Source of the DNA: Isurus oxyrinchus
Lineage: Eukaryota
Direction: 5' to 3'
Assembly: GCA_026770705.1 (NCBI GenBank)
Contig: JANJGN010000138.1
Location: 186,001-250,000, forward strand
DNA: 64,000 nt
Under the pieces are notes generated by a model that saw nothing but the letters and a program-made list of their open reading frames with translations, ran no database searches and had not been told where the DNA came from. The translations under genes and the position numbers were made by a program. The number at the start of each line of letters is the position of its first letter. Within the stretch, counting starts at the first letter, position 1. Below are positions 13,621 through 26,790 of this stretch, piece by piece.

Positions 13621-13693
13621 CACTGGGCATCTCTTTTGTTAGGGCACCAGACTTTTAATCTGAGCGTTCAGGTGATAAGTCCATGTCTGGCTG
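13621..13693 (+). pseudogene. tRNA-Lys(TTT) pseudogene
   Basis: Anticodon arm cagacttttaatctgag is identical to Lys-TTT. The D and T arms are degenerate. Confidence 0.75.
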
Positions 13694-14565
13694 TTCACTT
13701 TCGGCTTAAGATGTTCCCGCCCGGTGAAACGACTAAATAAAACAGCCTTGGACACTGAATTCTTCAAGGGAAGCTGAGGAACTGGCGGCGTTACTTTGAT
13801 TTCCAACAAAGGATCCACTCTCTTGCAATTGTGGTAGCCTCGATCAATTTAAATTCTTTCCTGGGTTTCCAGGTACTCCTTGTGTGAAGAATGTTTCCTG
13901 ACATTCCTCTTGCTTGGCTGGCACCTGTGCTGTGGAACTGTGACCAAAACAAAAGTCAACATTCAACCCCATTCTTCCTGCCAGGTGAAATAGCTTCTCT
14001 GTGTTTAAACTAACAATTCACTTTTACAGGTTAGAAGCCTCGATCAGATCATTCTTCTATAATGAAGAGAATAGAAAAAACAGTTAATCCCTGAAAATAA
14101 AACTAAAGATTTCATAAGGATCGGGGAGATGGCCGGTGGATTGATTGAGGCGAATTTCTCCTTCAACGAACCAGCACAGACAGGATGGGCCAAATGGCCT
14201 ATTTATCGGCTGACCCCATTGTATGCTAATACGAATCGTGGATGATGAAATTTAACTGCAGATCTAACCTGCTTAACTCCAGAGCCCACTGGTCAATCAG
14301 CGCTGCTTCCTTTCCTAGCTTAGTATAATCCTGATGTATCTTCTGAGCAGTGTCTGCAACAACATGAGAAATAGGGACAGGTGTGTCATGTGTCTCACGG
14401 CTTCACAAACCGTCCAGACATTCTTGGGTGAATGTCCACCTCAATTGCTCCTTCCTCAAAATTCTTATTTCGTGCTGCCCTACAGCCCCATAACAGATGA
14501 AGAATTCTCTATGAACTTACAGCAAAATAGTGAAATACGGTTCAAAACATAGCTGTTTGTGATTT

Positions 14566-14640
14566 AGCAGTGTGGTAGAGTGGGTCATGTCTTACATATA
14601 GTCATGCAGACGATCCTGAGTTCAGATTTCAATAGTGCTG
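14566..14640 (+). pseudogene. Degenerate tRNA-like sequence, isotype uncertain (paralog at ~17786-17853)
   Basis: Acceptor-like ends agcagtg...tagtgct, A-box-like tggtagagtgg, T-arm-like ctgagttcaga, followed by a T-rich tract. Confidence 0.35.
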
Positions 14641-15399
14641 TTATTTATTTAAAATTAATCAGGCAAAGTGCTGAACATTTTCAGGTCGTGAGGAAGCAAA
14701 TAGAATGAATGTGAACATAAAGAAGCACAATAGGATCGAAATTCCCTTTGAAAAGAACGTGCACCAGTATGCTTATGTATCGCTCCCTTTTCAGTTCATC
14801 CCAATGTACCAGTGCGTTTGCCATATTACGTGAATGATAACTGCTTTGGGGTCAGTGCAGAAGTCGTGCAGGATATAACATTTTCTTTTCCTCTCTGTCT
14901 TTATCCATTGCATGCACTTACACAAAGAGGGACACCAAGGATCAATCTACGAACGTCTCAAGGGATTTGAGACGTTTTTCCAGCAAAAAAAAACTAGATT
15001 TTAAAGACATCTCAATCAACCACTAATTTTGGAAAAATAAATGTTTTTCTCCGCTTTCATTCCACCTGGAAACTGTTGTTGGGATGAACCTCACTGAATA
15101 GACGGTGACCGATAAGGTTTGGTCCACTATGGGAAGCTTTGAACTGAGGATGGCACAGGACACCAGGGTAGGACTGCAGCGACCCTCGGAACACATTGAC
15201 AGCCTTTTATTTTATTGCTAATTGAATTTAAGATTCGCTGCTGAGGTCATCATTTATATTCGGGGCCTCGTTCCCAATTAGTGTTTAATTGTCCACCGCC
15301 TTTCACGACTGGAAGTGACAGAACTGCACAGCTTAGATCCGATGTCATGGTTATGGAATCACATCAAAAGCGATTGTCTATGAGGACAACAGACATGGC

Positions 15400-15905
15400 A
15401 CAAAAAAACGAAGAATGGTGTAATGGGAATAACATAAGTAGGATTTCTAAGTGTTCCTAAGAGTTCAGCCTCAGCTGGTGCATCCCGTCTGGTTCTGGGC
15501 GCTACAATTTAGGAAGGATATTAAGGATGCTGGAAGGAGTGCAGAAAAAAATTCACGAGATGGCTGCTGAGATGAGGAACTTCAGTTAGGAAGATAGATT
15601 GCAGAGGTTAGGACGGTTTTCTGGGAAAAAAAGAAGGCTGAATGGAGATTTGATAGAAGGATGGAAAATCACGAGCGACCTGAGCAGATTTGATGGGAGG
15701 AAAGTGTTCCCGTTCGTGAAAGGATCAAGTTCGAGCTGTTGCAGATTTAAAGTAGTTGCTAAAAAAAAAACTGAGACGAAGAAAAATAAAACTTTATTTT
15801 TTCTCGCAGGAAGAGGTTAAGGTCTGGAATGCAGCGCCTGTGATTGAGGTGAAATGAACTGCAAGGCAAGAATTAAGAAGGGACTGTCATCTGGAAAGGA
15901 AGAAC
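15400..15905 (+). mobile_element. CR1 LINE 3' fragment
   Basis: KRRLNGDLIEGWKI (RRLRGDLIEVYKI-like) and ttctgggcgctacaatttaggaaggatatt. Confidence 0.75.
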
Positions 15906-16069
15906 GTTCATGCTTGCAACTTAATATCTCACCTGAAGAAATAGAATCTTCAACGTTTTGAAAGCCCAGTGCAGGTGAAAGTTTTCAATTCGCACAAATG
16001 AACAATAATATTTGCAGCGAAGAAGTGGATGCAATTCAGAACTTTGCTTTGTAAACTCTGGTCAGTGTT

Positions 16070-16143
16070 CGGCTTGTGACTTGGTTATTTAAAACGCTTC
16101 TTTAATACACATGAGATACTCTGTTTAAATGTCAGTGGCACCT
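16070..16143 (+). pseudogene. tRNA-Thr pseudogene (paralog of 12901)
   Basis: Same position within the duplicated unit; ggcttgtgacttggttatttaaaacgc...gtcagtggcacct. Confidence 0.55.
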
Positions 16144-16832
16144 TTATCCTTTCAGTCAATGCATGGTTTTAAATTTAACCAATGACGTCCTGAAACACAG
16201 TAGGGAATTAGGAGCCGATGTAATGAAGCCAAACAGGATCACCGTTTCCTTGGGAGGTTCAAGTGGAAGGAACAATTTGAAATATTGCCGGCAAAAATGA
16301 TGAGCGAGAGTTGAATTTTTTGCGTCACTGCATGTTCGCCAGGAATGAATGAGGAGGGATACGTGTTGCAGTCCTTTTTGATGAGACCCTTGGGTTGACA
16401 CTTTCTTCAACCCGACACTTTGTGATTTGCACAATGTATAGCGTTACTCCGAATGAGCTTCGTGGTTTTCAGTGTGACCGTGTCACCGGTTCCCACAACA
16501 AGCACCATATGATTTTTTTAATCCACTTGAGAAATCTACCTCTGTCCCTTTTGTAGCTTCCCACTCCAATTATATCTTACCAAAACCAACGAATACTGCA
16601 AAGGTTTAAAGGTCTAGCGCAGATGCCTGGGCAACAGGAGTTGTCAAATCATACATTGCTGGTAAGGAACGAGTAGTTGGTTCCAATTAGAATAACTGTG
16701 AAATGAAGCCAAAGGGAGGCTGCCGGTCTGCCTGTGAGGGGAATTCGCTGCAGAGGATGAAATACCTAACAGGAAAATTGAACAATAGCTTGTGATATCT
16801 CTTGTTCGACAGTGATGGGGAGTAGAGGCCGA

Positions 16833-16905
16833 GGAGCTCTAGAGAGCTCTGCAGCGCATCAGACATACAACCTGAGGGTCCAGCCTTGAAGTCCCAGTAT
16901 GTGGG
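16833..16905 (+). pseudogene. tRNA-Lys pseudogene (paralog of 13621)
   Basis: gcatcagac...ctgagggtccag...aagtccc matches the 3' half of tRNA-Lys. The anticodon loop is mutated. Confidence 0.6.
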
Positions 16906-18639
16906 TTGCCTTTTGGATCAAGCTGTTGATTGCAAGTGAAACGACAAAAGACAGAACAATGGACGCTGACATCTTCAAGGAGAACTGAAGTAACGTTTCG
17001 TTTATTTCCAAGGAAAGATCCACCCTCTCGAAACTGGGGTAGCCTCGATCAATTTATGAATTGTTATTGGGATTCCTGATGCTCCAAGTTTGATAAGTGC
17101 TTCCTGACATATCCGTTATTTGGCACAATCATTGTGGACCTGTGGCAAAACAAAATGTTAAAATGCAATCCCGTTCTTGCCACCAGAGGAGAAGACTTCT
17201 CTGTGTTTAACCTAACAATTCATTTTAACAGGTTAAAAACTTCAACCAGATCACGCTTCATTCTCCTGTAATCAAGGGAACAGAAAAAAATATGAATCCC
17301 TGAAAGTAGAAAAAAAAATTGTGCAGGGATGGAGGGAAGTCGGGGGGATTGACAGTGGGCGAATTTCTCCCTCAAAGAGCCAGTACAAGCAGGATAGGGC
17401 AAATGGCCTCTCGCTGTTCTGTATAAATTCTATGTTTATTCCAATCTAGGATGATGAATCCTTAACTCCAAAAAAAACCTAATGAATTCGGGAATCGCAC
17501 TGGTGAATCAGCACCGCTTCCAATCCAAGCTCAGTATAATCCTGGTGTTCCCTCTGAGCGGTGTCTGTAAGAACATGAGAAAAAGGAGCAGGTGTATCAT
17601 GTGTCTCACGTCTTTTTAAACATTCCAGAACTTTCTGTTTGGATATCCGTTTCAATTGCTCCTTTCTGAAAATTCTCAATTCGTGCTGCTCTACAGCCCC
17701 ATAGCAAATGAATTATTCCAAACGAGTTTGCTGCAAAATAATCAAACACAGTTCAAAACAGGGCTGGGTGATGTTGCTTGTAACTTAGCGCCGCGGATCG
17801 TTTCTTACATTTAATATTGCAGACGGTTCAAATTTCGGTTCTCAATAACGCGGTTATTTATTTCAAATTAATTAGGTAAAGAGCTGAACATTTTCAAGTC
17901 GGGAGGAAGCATATAGAATGACGTGCAAATGTAAAGAAGCACAGTAGGGTCGAAATTCTCTTCGAAGCGAACATGCACCCTTGCTCTTAAGAATTGCTCC
18001 CTCTTCTTTTCATCCTAATGAACTTGTGGGTTTGCACTGTTACCCTAATGATAACCGGTTCGGGGTTATTGCAAAAGTTATGCAGTGGATGCCATTTTCT
18101 TTTCCTGTTAGACCTTTATCCGCCGCACACACTTAAAAAAAAACGATATTACGGGTACATTTACGAAAGCCTTAAGAGATTTCAGAGGTAATGGGTGAAT
18201 GGGAGAATAGACTAGCAGATGTTTTTTTTTTTACTCTATGGATATAAATATAAAAAGTTGCGAAAACAGGAACGGGCCGAATAGGGACTAAAACGGAATT
18301 TCACGCCTGGAACCAGATAATTATATCGTGTTTGCCAAGAAAGAAAAACACGGCCAAAGGCAGAGTGAAACTCGAGGTAGTTGTGAAATTGGATGCTCGA
18401 CAATTGTAGAAAGAGGCGGCATTATAAACCTGGCTTTTCTTAAATGTTGATAATTCACCTGGATTGGTTCAGAGGCAGGGTGTTGAGGAAAGAAAGTTTG
18501 GAAATTGTGGAGGGTAGTGGGCCGCAAATTTCCAATCCTGCTCAGTTATAACGGACGATGCTAGAGAATTTTAGAATTGCAAATGTTATACCATTCTTCA
18601 CAAAATTTAACTAATTATCATTTTGTAAACCACACACGC

Positions 18640-19080
18640 ATCCTCCCTTTGGCTTCATTTCACAAATCTTCCAACTTGCATCAACTATTCATTTTAACCA
18701 GTGGAGTGTGACGTAACAATTGTTATCCTGGTCTGTGCAATGGACCTTCAAAGCCTTGAAGGGTGTATTTAATTCAGGGAGCTATTATGTTGCAGAAATT
18801 GAAAACGGAAGCTCCAAAGGCACAGAGATGGATTTCTCAGTGTGTAATCCATTTATTATGGTGTTTGTTTGGGCAAAGTGTGATACTATTCCCTTGAAAG
18901 CAATACAGCTCATTCGGAATAACGTTTAAATTGTGTGAATCACTAAGTTTAGGGAAGTAAATGTATCTGCCAACCCCAGACCATCATTAAAACGATCCAC
19001 CATTTAACCCTACCCACTCTTTCTTGCATAACGTGCAGTAACATAAACCAGTGAATCTCTTCCCTTGGTCTGCTAAACCT
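18640..19080 (-). repeat. Inverted partial copy of the Thr/Lys duplication unit
   Basis: cctccctttggcttcatttcaca is the reverse complement of tgtgaaatgaagccaaagggagg at ~16697-16719. Confidence 0.65.
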
Positions 19081-20979
19081 GTAATAAAACAAAGTGCTTC
19101 CTTAAGTAAACACCTCTAAATGTAATGCTGGTCCATTCAGACTTCTTAATATCGGCACATAAACGCAAATTTTTTTTTCGGACGTTGTTACGTTGATGTA
19201 ACCTTCATAACATCTGCCTCCATGTTATTTCTTACTGGGTTTAACAGGTTTGGTTTCGTCACGTTTCTATCTTTGCCCCTTCATATTACATTTGGGCGGT
19301 TGCTATGCAGCCATTCACAACCCCATCTGGACATACCTTTTGATTCTTTACCATAACCATTACAACTCTCTGTGGATGTTGCATGAAGAAACATGTTCTC
19401 CCCTTCCCTCCACCATCACAGACATTCGCCTTTGTACCTCCTGCCCTTTCCTGCTCTCCACGTTTTTAATACTTGGTATATTTCTATCTTTCTTCATTTC
19501 TGATGATAAGTCATCGACCTGCATAGTTCACTCTGATACCTCCACTGGTGCCTCCGACCGCTGAGGATTTCCAGGATTTAAAAAAAAATATTCCCAGCAA
19601 TCACGCTGCATTGATTTACTATCTGAAAGATCGGTGGAATGAGATTCAATCTGAATATAAAAATAACTAATTTACAGGGTGACTTGGAAACTTGATTGTG
19701 GACAAAATTGACATCCCTTTCCAAAAACAGGCACAGAGTAGATTGGCTGACAGGCCTCCTTCTGAGCTGCAGGATTTGATGAATCACGGCTTTAATATCT
19801 GCGTTGACTGGGAGATTAGAAAATAGCTTAACACGTGAAGGTGATGAACAAACGGTTCCAGGTAATTGTCTGATGTTTTGTACCGAACATGTAACACATG
19901 TAAAAGGATTTCAAGCACAACATAGGTTTACAAATGTCTGCTATATTAACTCCGAAAACCCTTAATTAACCTCGCTTCCACTTACACTCCCGTTAAGGAA
20001 ATAGTAAAATAAATATATTTAAACAGACCCAGCAAGTCGACACAATACTCTGGGCAGAAGTATTCAAAGTGGCTATTCCAAGCTTCGGTCTGTGTAGACA
20101 GCAGGCTTAATGCACAAATGCTGAAGGCTGTTTACACTTCCAGTCGACCTTAGAATGCCTTCCTTGTCATCGTTCTCCTTTATACATGTTTGTACTTTAT
20201 AATGTGAGCCCCATTGTTCCCAGGTGTCTTTGGAACTTTACCTTTCTCATAATATGAATCATATTGCTAATCATAGTGCTAATAATATCTGGAACCTTTG
20301 CGAAAAAAATAAACACGCTGATTGTTTGCCTTCTCTGCCTAGGTGTAACATCCAACCATCTCATTGAAATTCAAACTACTGTGATTTAACTGCAAATTCT
20401 GCTTAGCTCACATTCTAAGACGTCAGCCATGTTTTCCCATTTAGCATTTAAAACCTAGCTTCATTGATGATTTAAAGCCTCCAGACAAGCTGTCTCCAAT
20501 GCAATTACATCACCCACACACTCAGAGAAACTAATCAAATCCGACTATTACCAACGCTTACAATAAATCACAATAATGTTATGAGAATTATGGTACGTTC
20601 GTGACATCAGGAATTCCGTCCCTTAAGCTATGAGCCCCTCTAACTCTCTCTTCTTTCAAACACTCAAATCTACTTATTAGGTGAGACAGTTCGTCATTTT
20701 CCTAAATAGCTCCATATGAAGCTTGGGTTTAAATGTTGATATATAACGCTCCTTTCAAGTACATTGGCAAGAGGAGGGGTGTGGATTGTTATTTTGTGAA
20801 ATGCAACAGATACATGGGAGATTCTGCTGTGTTGTTCAGTTCAGCGGGTTTCAAAATGAAATTGTGTGGATCCCTTAAATGTTAATATGTCCCTCCGGTC
20901 AGAGCTCGAGTTGTGGAATATTGATGAGGGTCACTCCTCAATCTGGGATGACGAGCTTTATCTAACGTTGGCTCCCATT

Positions 20980-21480
20980 TTTAGCAGCAGATACCACAGG
21001 ATATCCACGTTCATCATGCCGGACCTCCACCATCGATTTGTAATTTGGTAATTTCCATGATGTGACCAGGAATGCACACAGTACTCAAATTGTGGCCTAA
21101 CTAATAATTGATAAAGTACCTCCATAACCTCCCTGATAGTATGTGTTATGCCTCGTCTAATAAGCGAAATGATTCTACTTGACTTCTTAAACACTTCATT
21201 GGCCTTTCAAGTAACATTCGGGAATCTGTAGAGATTCGATCCAATGTCCATCACTTCCTCTATATCTCCCAATACTCTCTTCATTAATTGTGTATTCCCT
21301 TCGACTTGTTTGAGTTCCCCAGCTGTATTCCATCGCTCTCCCCCGGGTTGAATTCCATTTGGCACTTTTCTGACCATCTAACCATTCAATTGATAACTTC
21401 CTGCTTTCAAACCTCGTCACTATCAAACACAACCACTGTTCTTGTTGCCTGAAAACTTCATGAAGATTCCCCCTATATAT
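20980..21480 (-). mobile_element. CR1 LINE fragment
   Basis: LYQLLVRPQFEYCVHSWS is the CR1 LYKxLVRPHLEYCVQFWS motif. Confidence 0.8.
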
Positions 21481-21769
21481 ATTGCCAAATAGCTAATATG
21501 TGCCATGAAGAGCACGGCTAAATATGCATGTGGCTTTTTTTCAGGAGAGAAATCTGGTTGGTACAAATCCATTTCCCAAACACCCGTAACGCTGATGTTT
21601 TCAGGATTCACTTCGGTGCTCGGGCGCTCTTTAAAATGTAAGTTCTCCGTTCGCTCTGCCATACAGCCTGATAAACAATTCCCAGTGATGTTTGCAGCAA
21701 AACAGTGCAACGGATTGGAAAACTTTGCATTATAACTGCGCACCGTTGATTGGTGACACATAACCTCCT

Positions 21770-22560
21770 GGGCTCAGAAATCAATGCCGCCCCCGTCTAA
21801 TTCCAACCAATCTGGAACGCTTCGTTATGAAGGCAGCCAGAAGAGGGTAAACGCGAGTCAAAACAAGAGTGAGCTCACCCCACAATGTTGCTCTGTGACT
21901 TGGGAAGCGGCGCTGTTGCATAACTGTTAATCAGGTAAATACATCAATCACACGGGCAGTTGGCCTGTTACTTACCACTTTCCCAACTTGCTCTGATCGC
22001 CTCAAGTCATCGATTAAGGGCCAGGCGGAAATATATTTCAGTTCCCTGACATTGCAACTCCCCTGAATGATCGCACGAAGTGTAAATTTCTACAGGCATT
22101 CGGTAATTTCTCGTTTAAGCCACCGTCTTGCATTTATCATGAAATCCACACGCTTCAATTCCAACATCCTGGAGATACGGCAACATTTCGACACTATTTT
22201 TACTTCAGTGCTTGAAGTGCTTATTCTTATTAAATTTAGCATCGTTCTTAAGGCAGTTGTGAATGAACAACTTGCACTGGTCAAGTGCGACATGCCCATC
22301 ATCGCAAGAAATAAATAGAAAAGAGATTGCATAGATATCAGCCTATTGATGAAGGCAGATTTTGCAGCTGAAGGTTTGCTTTGGACAGATTATTTTCATC
22401 ATTGACAAGAAGGAGAAGTTATCTGTTGCGGAACAGCTTTGTGAGGGTCGGAAAATTCAGCAGCTCTGGGAGAAACAGACACTCACAGCTCGCTGGTAAT
22501 CTGAAGTTTCAACTGGACAAACAGGAGAGTTCCAGACTGTGCACAATCAATCAGCAAGGA
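21770..22560 (+). repeat. Local duplication copy 1 (paralog at 23050-23860)
   Basis: Colinear similarity, e.g. ccaggcggaaatatatttcagttccctg vs ccaggtggaaatatacttcagtttcctg, and aaataaatagaaaa in both. Confidence 0.8.
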
Positions 22561-22629
22561 ATAATGCTGAATCCTCCACTCACTGCCAGTTGAATTTGAA
22601 AACCAGATACTAGAGGAGATGCTTCAAGT

Positions 22630-22702
22630 GGCCGGTTGCTCAGCTGGTTAGCGCGTGGTGCTAATAACGCCAAGGTCGCGGGTTCGATCCCCGTATGGGC
22701 CA
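22630..22702 (+). tRNA. tRNA-Ile(AAT), probably impaired (A9 deleted, D-stem mismatch)
   Basis: ggccggtt-gctcagctggttagcgcgtggtgctAATaacgccaaggtcgcgggttcgatccccgtatgggcca. The B box is intact and a TTTT terminator lies at 22708-22711. Confidence 0.9.
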
Positions 22703-23049
22703 ACCGCTTTTATTCGACTTCGAAGGAATTCAAGTTATTAACAACCCTCTGCACGACAACAATAACTCGCTTCGCAACAATTTCACGCAAATACTGCATC
22801 TGTCAGCAAAGTCTATCCATTAACAAATTTCTCAACAGTTGGTCAGCTGCTGGCCAGGCCAAAAAGGCATTTGCTTCTTCGAGATGTCTTTTTAAAAAGC
22901 AGCACAATATACTCCTAATTTGTTGTTAATTGTTCTCAAACATGACCGGAACAAAGTAAAATACTGAACTGCGCAACGTCTACTTCATTGCTGAGCTACG
23001 TGTAAGCAACGGATAAACTAGGTCGCTGAGAAACCAATGTTTTCCCGTC

Positions 23050-23860
23050 TAACTTGTCGTAATTCCAATCTCTGTCTGACAATGTAGCCACGAAGGCACC
23101 CAACAGAGGGTAAACCCAACGCAAAATAACTGTGAGCTCTCCCCACGGTTTAGTAGCTTTTCTGTATGATTGTTCCAGGGATGGATTTGTAAATCACCAA
23201 GGGCAGTCGGCCTGTTATTTGTTCTCATCATTTACTGGTTCCGCAACTTGCTCTAATCGCCTAAAGCCGCTTACTGAGAGCCAGGTGGAAATATACTTCA
23301 GTTTCCTGCTCTTGCAACTTCCCCGACCTTTACTACCAAATTTAAAATTCAACACGCACTCGGTCATTTCTTGCTAAAGAACCCGTCATAATTCGTAAAC
23401 ACTGTGACTTCTCATTCGCAATTCAGTTCCAATTGCAAGCTTCACTTGCATCAACCAGAGGACAGGGCAACATATCAAAACTAATTTTACTTCAATGTTT
23501 GAAGTGCTTTCACTGTGTCAATGTAGCAATCCTTCTCAAGGCAATTTCGGATGAGCAACTTATACTGGTCGTGGAGGCATATCCATATCTCATGAAATAA
23601 ATAGAAAAAGGGTGATTGGATAAGATGTCAGCCTGTTGATGGCGAGAAGTTTTTCAGCTTGAGGTTTGCTTTCGGCGGAATATTTTCAACATTCAGAAGG
23701 GGAGCGTTGAAGTTGCTGAGCAGCTTTGTGAAGATCGGAACAATAAGGCAGCACTGGGGAAAACTCATTCCCTTCCAGCTCGCCGGTAACCTGGAGCTTT
23801 CAATTTACAAATACGGTAGTTCCAACGTTCCAGCTGGTGCGCGGTCAGTCAGCAAGGACT
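23050..23860 (+). repeat. Local duplication copy 2
   Basis: Paralog of 21770-22560. Confidence 0.8.
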
Positions 23861-24137
23861 GAGTGTCGATCGTCCTTGGGTCATTCTTCAGTAACATTCC
23901 AGACACAGATTCCGAGTGACACCCGCCCCCCTGCTGCCTTGATACTGTGTCAAAGAAGCTTACTGGAAGGATATTGAGCGTATATTGTTTTCATGCTTTG
24001 AAAAAGTGTCTGTAAGTATGATAGGTAAGAATCATGGTGCATTATTCTCAGTCGGAACACATCTGAACATTCCCTATACATACTGTGATATTTATCTGGC
24101 TGTCGCTATTACTGATCTCGATTCCCTCTTTCATACG

Positions 24138-24720
24138 GAGAACCTATTGACAATCATGATTCTCGCCTGAAGAAACTCCGGCCTTTCCAAATGTATCTCT
24201 GTCAGTATGGTGTCTGGCAAAAACAGATCTACTGATCATGTTCTTCATATATTAGACTATCAAACTTTCAGCAAAGTCTAACACATTCATTCCTCTGCAA
24301 CACTGTCATTGTTATGGCAGTACCAAACTTTAAATGGAGCAGGCACTCCGTCATTTCGCGCTGAAGCTCCCGTCATAAATTGACATTGAAGTGGCCGCCT
24401 TACTTCTCATTCTCAATTTAGCTCCATTTCCGATCTTCAATTGTCACTGTCACTGTCAATGATTTATGGCCAGAATTTTAAAGCAAACTATGTCACTGTG
24501 AAAACTGCTACAGTGACCATAACAGCGGTCTCTGTGCTGATCTATGGGGAGAATTTGCCATTTCGGTTGCCTAGGAACACAAATGTTCATTTATCAGCAA
24601 CTGAACAAACTGCGAAAGGAGTGATCAACAAACTGATCATTAACAATGTTCACTAGGATTCCCGCCTTGGCGCGGATTTTGTTTCCATCGTCTTCCGGGG
24701 TAGCGGACTTTTCGCATGTA
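24138..24720 (+). pseudogene. GPR139-like GPCR exon 2 pseudogene (TM1 to ECL2)
   Basis: NLLTIMILA*RNSGLSKCISV...TDLLIMF and IYGQNFKANYVTVKTATVTITAVSVLIY..LPF...IINNVH* align with ANVMTIVILSRGTCGLAKC and ICSHQFKARYCTVRTAVTVLTAISVL...IIDNVHWG of the intact gene. Confidence 0.85.
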
Positions 24721-26718
24721 TTCAGGTGAAGTTCCAGGCCGCAGAATTTTGGATAAGCATAGGTATATATGGGGTAGAAGATGGGAGGCTGGCCAGGTGA
24801 ACACTGGAATAGTCGAGCCGAGATTGCACAAAGGCATGGATGAGGGTTTCAGCAGCAGATGAGCTGAGGCAGGGTCACAGTTGGCCGATCTTTAGGATGT
24901 CCATGTACAGTGTGTTCATCTGATAACAGCCCGTCAGTCTGTCCAATATCATGCAGTTTTATCAGAGACGTTAGGGGTAAAATGGATACAGTGTCAGCCA
25001 TTATTGTTCAATATTAGGATTGTTATTGTACCTGTATCTCTGAAACATTATGTCACTGCGGGACTTTTCACATTTCACTGCAATCAGAAGCTGAACAAAA
25101 TGTCCCAGACTGTGGCCAAGCAGTGAGAGCCTTTAAAGCTGAAATTTGCTCCTTTAAGTGGCCCAATTGGGATCATTCCCTGCAGGTATTTCCTGTCATG
25201 CACCATTCATATCAATCTCTCCTGGCACTGGTTTCACTGGGAGGGATGAAGAGTCAGTGAACAGAGCGGAATGTCACAGTTGTTCTGTTCCTGACTCTCA
25301 CCCTCCCGGTAGTTTAGTGAGGACTCGGTCTCCCAGCTGTCAGTAACTCCAGTATCCGGATCCTGGTAAGTTCATTGTGGTTCAGTGTTTAGAAAACACA
25401 ATAACAAGCAAAGGTCATGGAAACTATCATAACTCAGATTCAGTAGGGGATCAGACATGTGGGCAATGTGCGCTGTCTACCTTCTGATTCAGGTTCCTGA
25501 ATGATACTGAAAAAGACATGATATCTGTTGCATTGTTGCTGTTATGGTCGTATGGCCTTTTGGATGAGGCGTTTTACTTCCATGTGTCGTGCAAGGTTAT
25601 CAAAAGCTTGGAGGTTGGTGTCCTGCAGTTTGTCTTGTGTTCGTTTCACGCAGATAGGTTGCCATGTACATGAGTTCCAGCACACTTTGTGTGTATAATT
25701 CTTTTTCTAATTAACGCGGTAAAATCTCTGGCTTTAATTCTTTTACGGTGGCGCTGAGTCCTAGGTTCCCAGTCAGCCTGGAATAGGTTTGGGCTGATCT
25801 TACCTATTCAAAGTTACAAAAAAATGTATCGAATCCCTTCAGCAATCGTGGGGAAGGATCTCCGTAAAGCAACCGTCAGTGGGTTAAATGTAGGCACTGA
25901 GTTGCTTCGGGAATTAAAGAGTGTTAGGAGTGAGTTCCAGAGGCAAACAGAGGTACAGAGAAAGAAAACGGAAAGATTGGCGAGGAGGAAGAGAAAGGAA
26001 TATGAATGGCGTTCACCATCTTTCAACTTTTACTCAATGAAAAATCAAAAAAGAAAAATAATCTCTGTGCCAAGGAGCTGCTAATAGTGCAGAAAGCAGT
26101 AAATAGGGCTGGATTTAGGAGAATCATCGTGTTCACAGAGGGAGAGGCAATGGGATGAGAAGCTAAAAATTACGAGGGGGCCGGGGATGAAAGGCAGGAT
26201 CCTGAATAGCTGCTGTCCGAAACCAAAGGAAATAAAGGGAAAAATAAATTTTCAAGCTGAACAAAATGGTGGCAGAGATTACAATGTAAATTACTGTGTG
26301 ATGTTACAGTCACGCTTTACAAGATGCGCGTTTAATGTCGAATTATTAATGAATTCTGCCTCGTTAGTCATTACTAAATCGAGTGTGGCCGGTTGTTCTC
26401 GGTTTGAAAATACCTTCTTTCAGCTAGCTGTCCTAGTTTCAAGGTACAATTCACTGATTTCACGGAAATTCCGATTTAGCCCAGTTTAAATGATAGAGCC
26501 AGCATCGGTGTTCGGACACATACGGAACTGTCGGCTGACTTGGTGTGAAGGGCCGTTCCTGTCAAGGAACTCCCATGTTCCGGATCTCTGAAAACAGCCG
26601 CGTTTCCTGAATCTCCCTGTCGCTGATACGACATATTTATCTGCACTGTCTCCTACATCTGAATTTTAAAGTACATTTCCAATTTCGTGTGTTTTCTACT
26701 TTAAAAGTAATAAATGCA

Positions 26719-26790
26719 CTCCTCGTCGGGGAATTGAACCCCGGGCTCCCGCGTGACAGGCGAGGATACTTACCACTATACTAACGAGGA
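26719..26790 (-). tRNA. tRNA-Asp(GTC)
   Basis: Reverse complement TCCTCGTTAGTATAGTGGTAAGTATCCTCGCCTGTCACGCGGGAGCCCGGGGTTCAATTCCCCGACGAGGAG. Acceptor, anticodon and T stems pair, and a TTTT terminator follows (aaaa at 26703-26706). Confidence 0.95.

Larger units (their letters stand above)
12725..14930 (+). repeat. Tandem segmental duplication unit A (carries tRNA-Thr and tRNA-Lys pseudogenes)
   Basis: Colinear with 15918-18135; both begin acttaatatctcacc..aagaaat.gaatcttcaa. Confidence 0.85.
15918..18135 (+). repeat. Tandem segmental duplication unit B
   Basis: Colinear paralog of 12725-14930. Confidence 0.85.

Noticed and set aside
25824-26084. Basic, Arg/Lys-rich 86-aa ORF (paralog at ~36860-37090)
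   Set aside because: Purine-rich repeat fragment; the frame is not conserved in the paralog.
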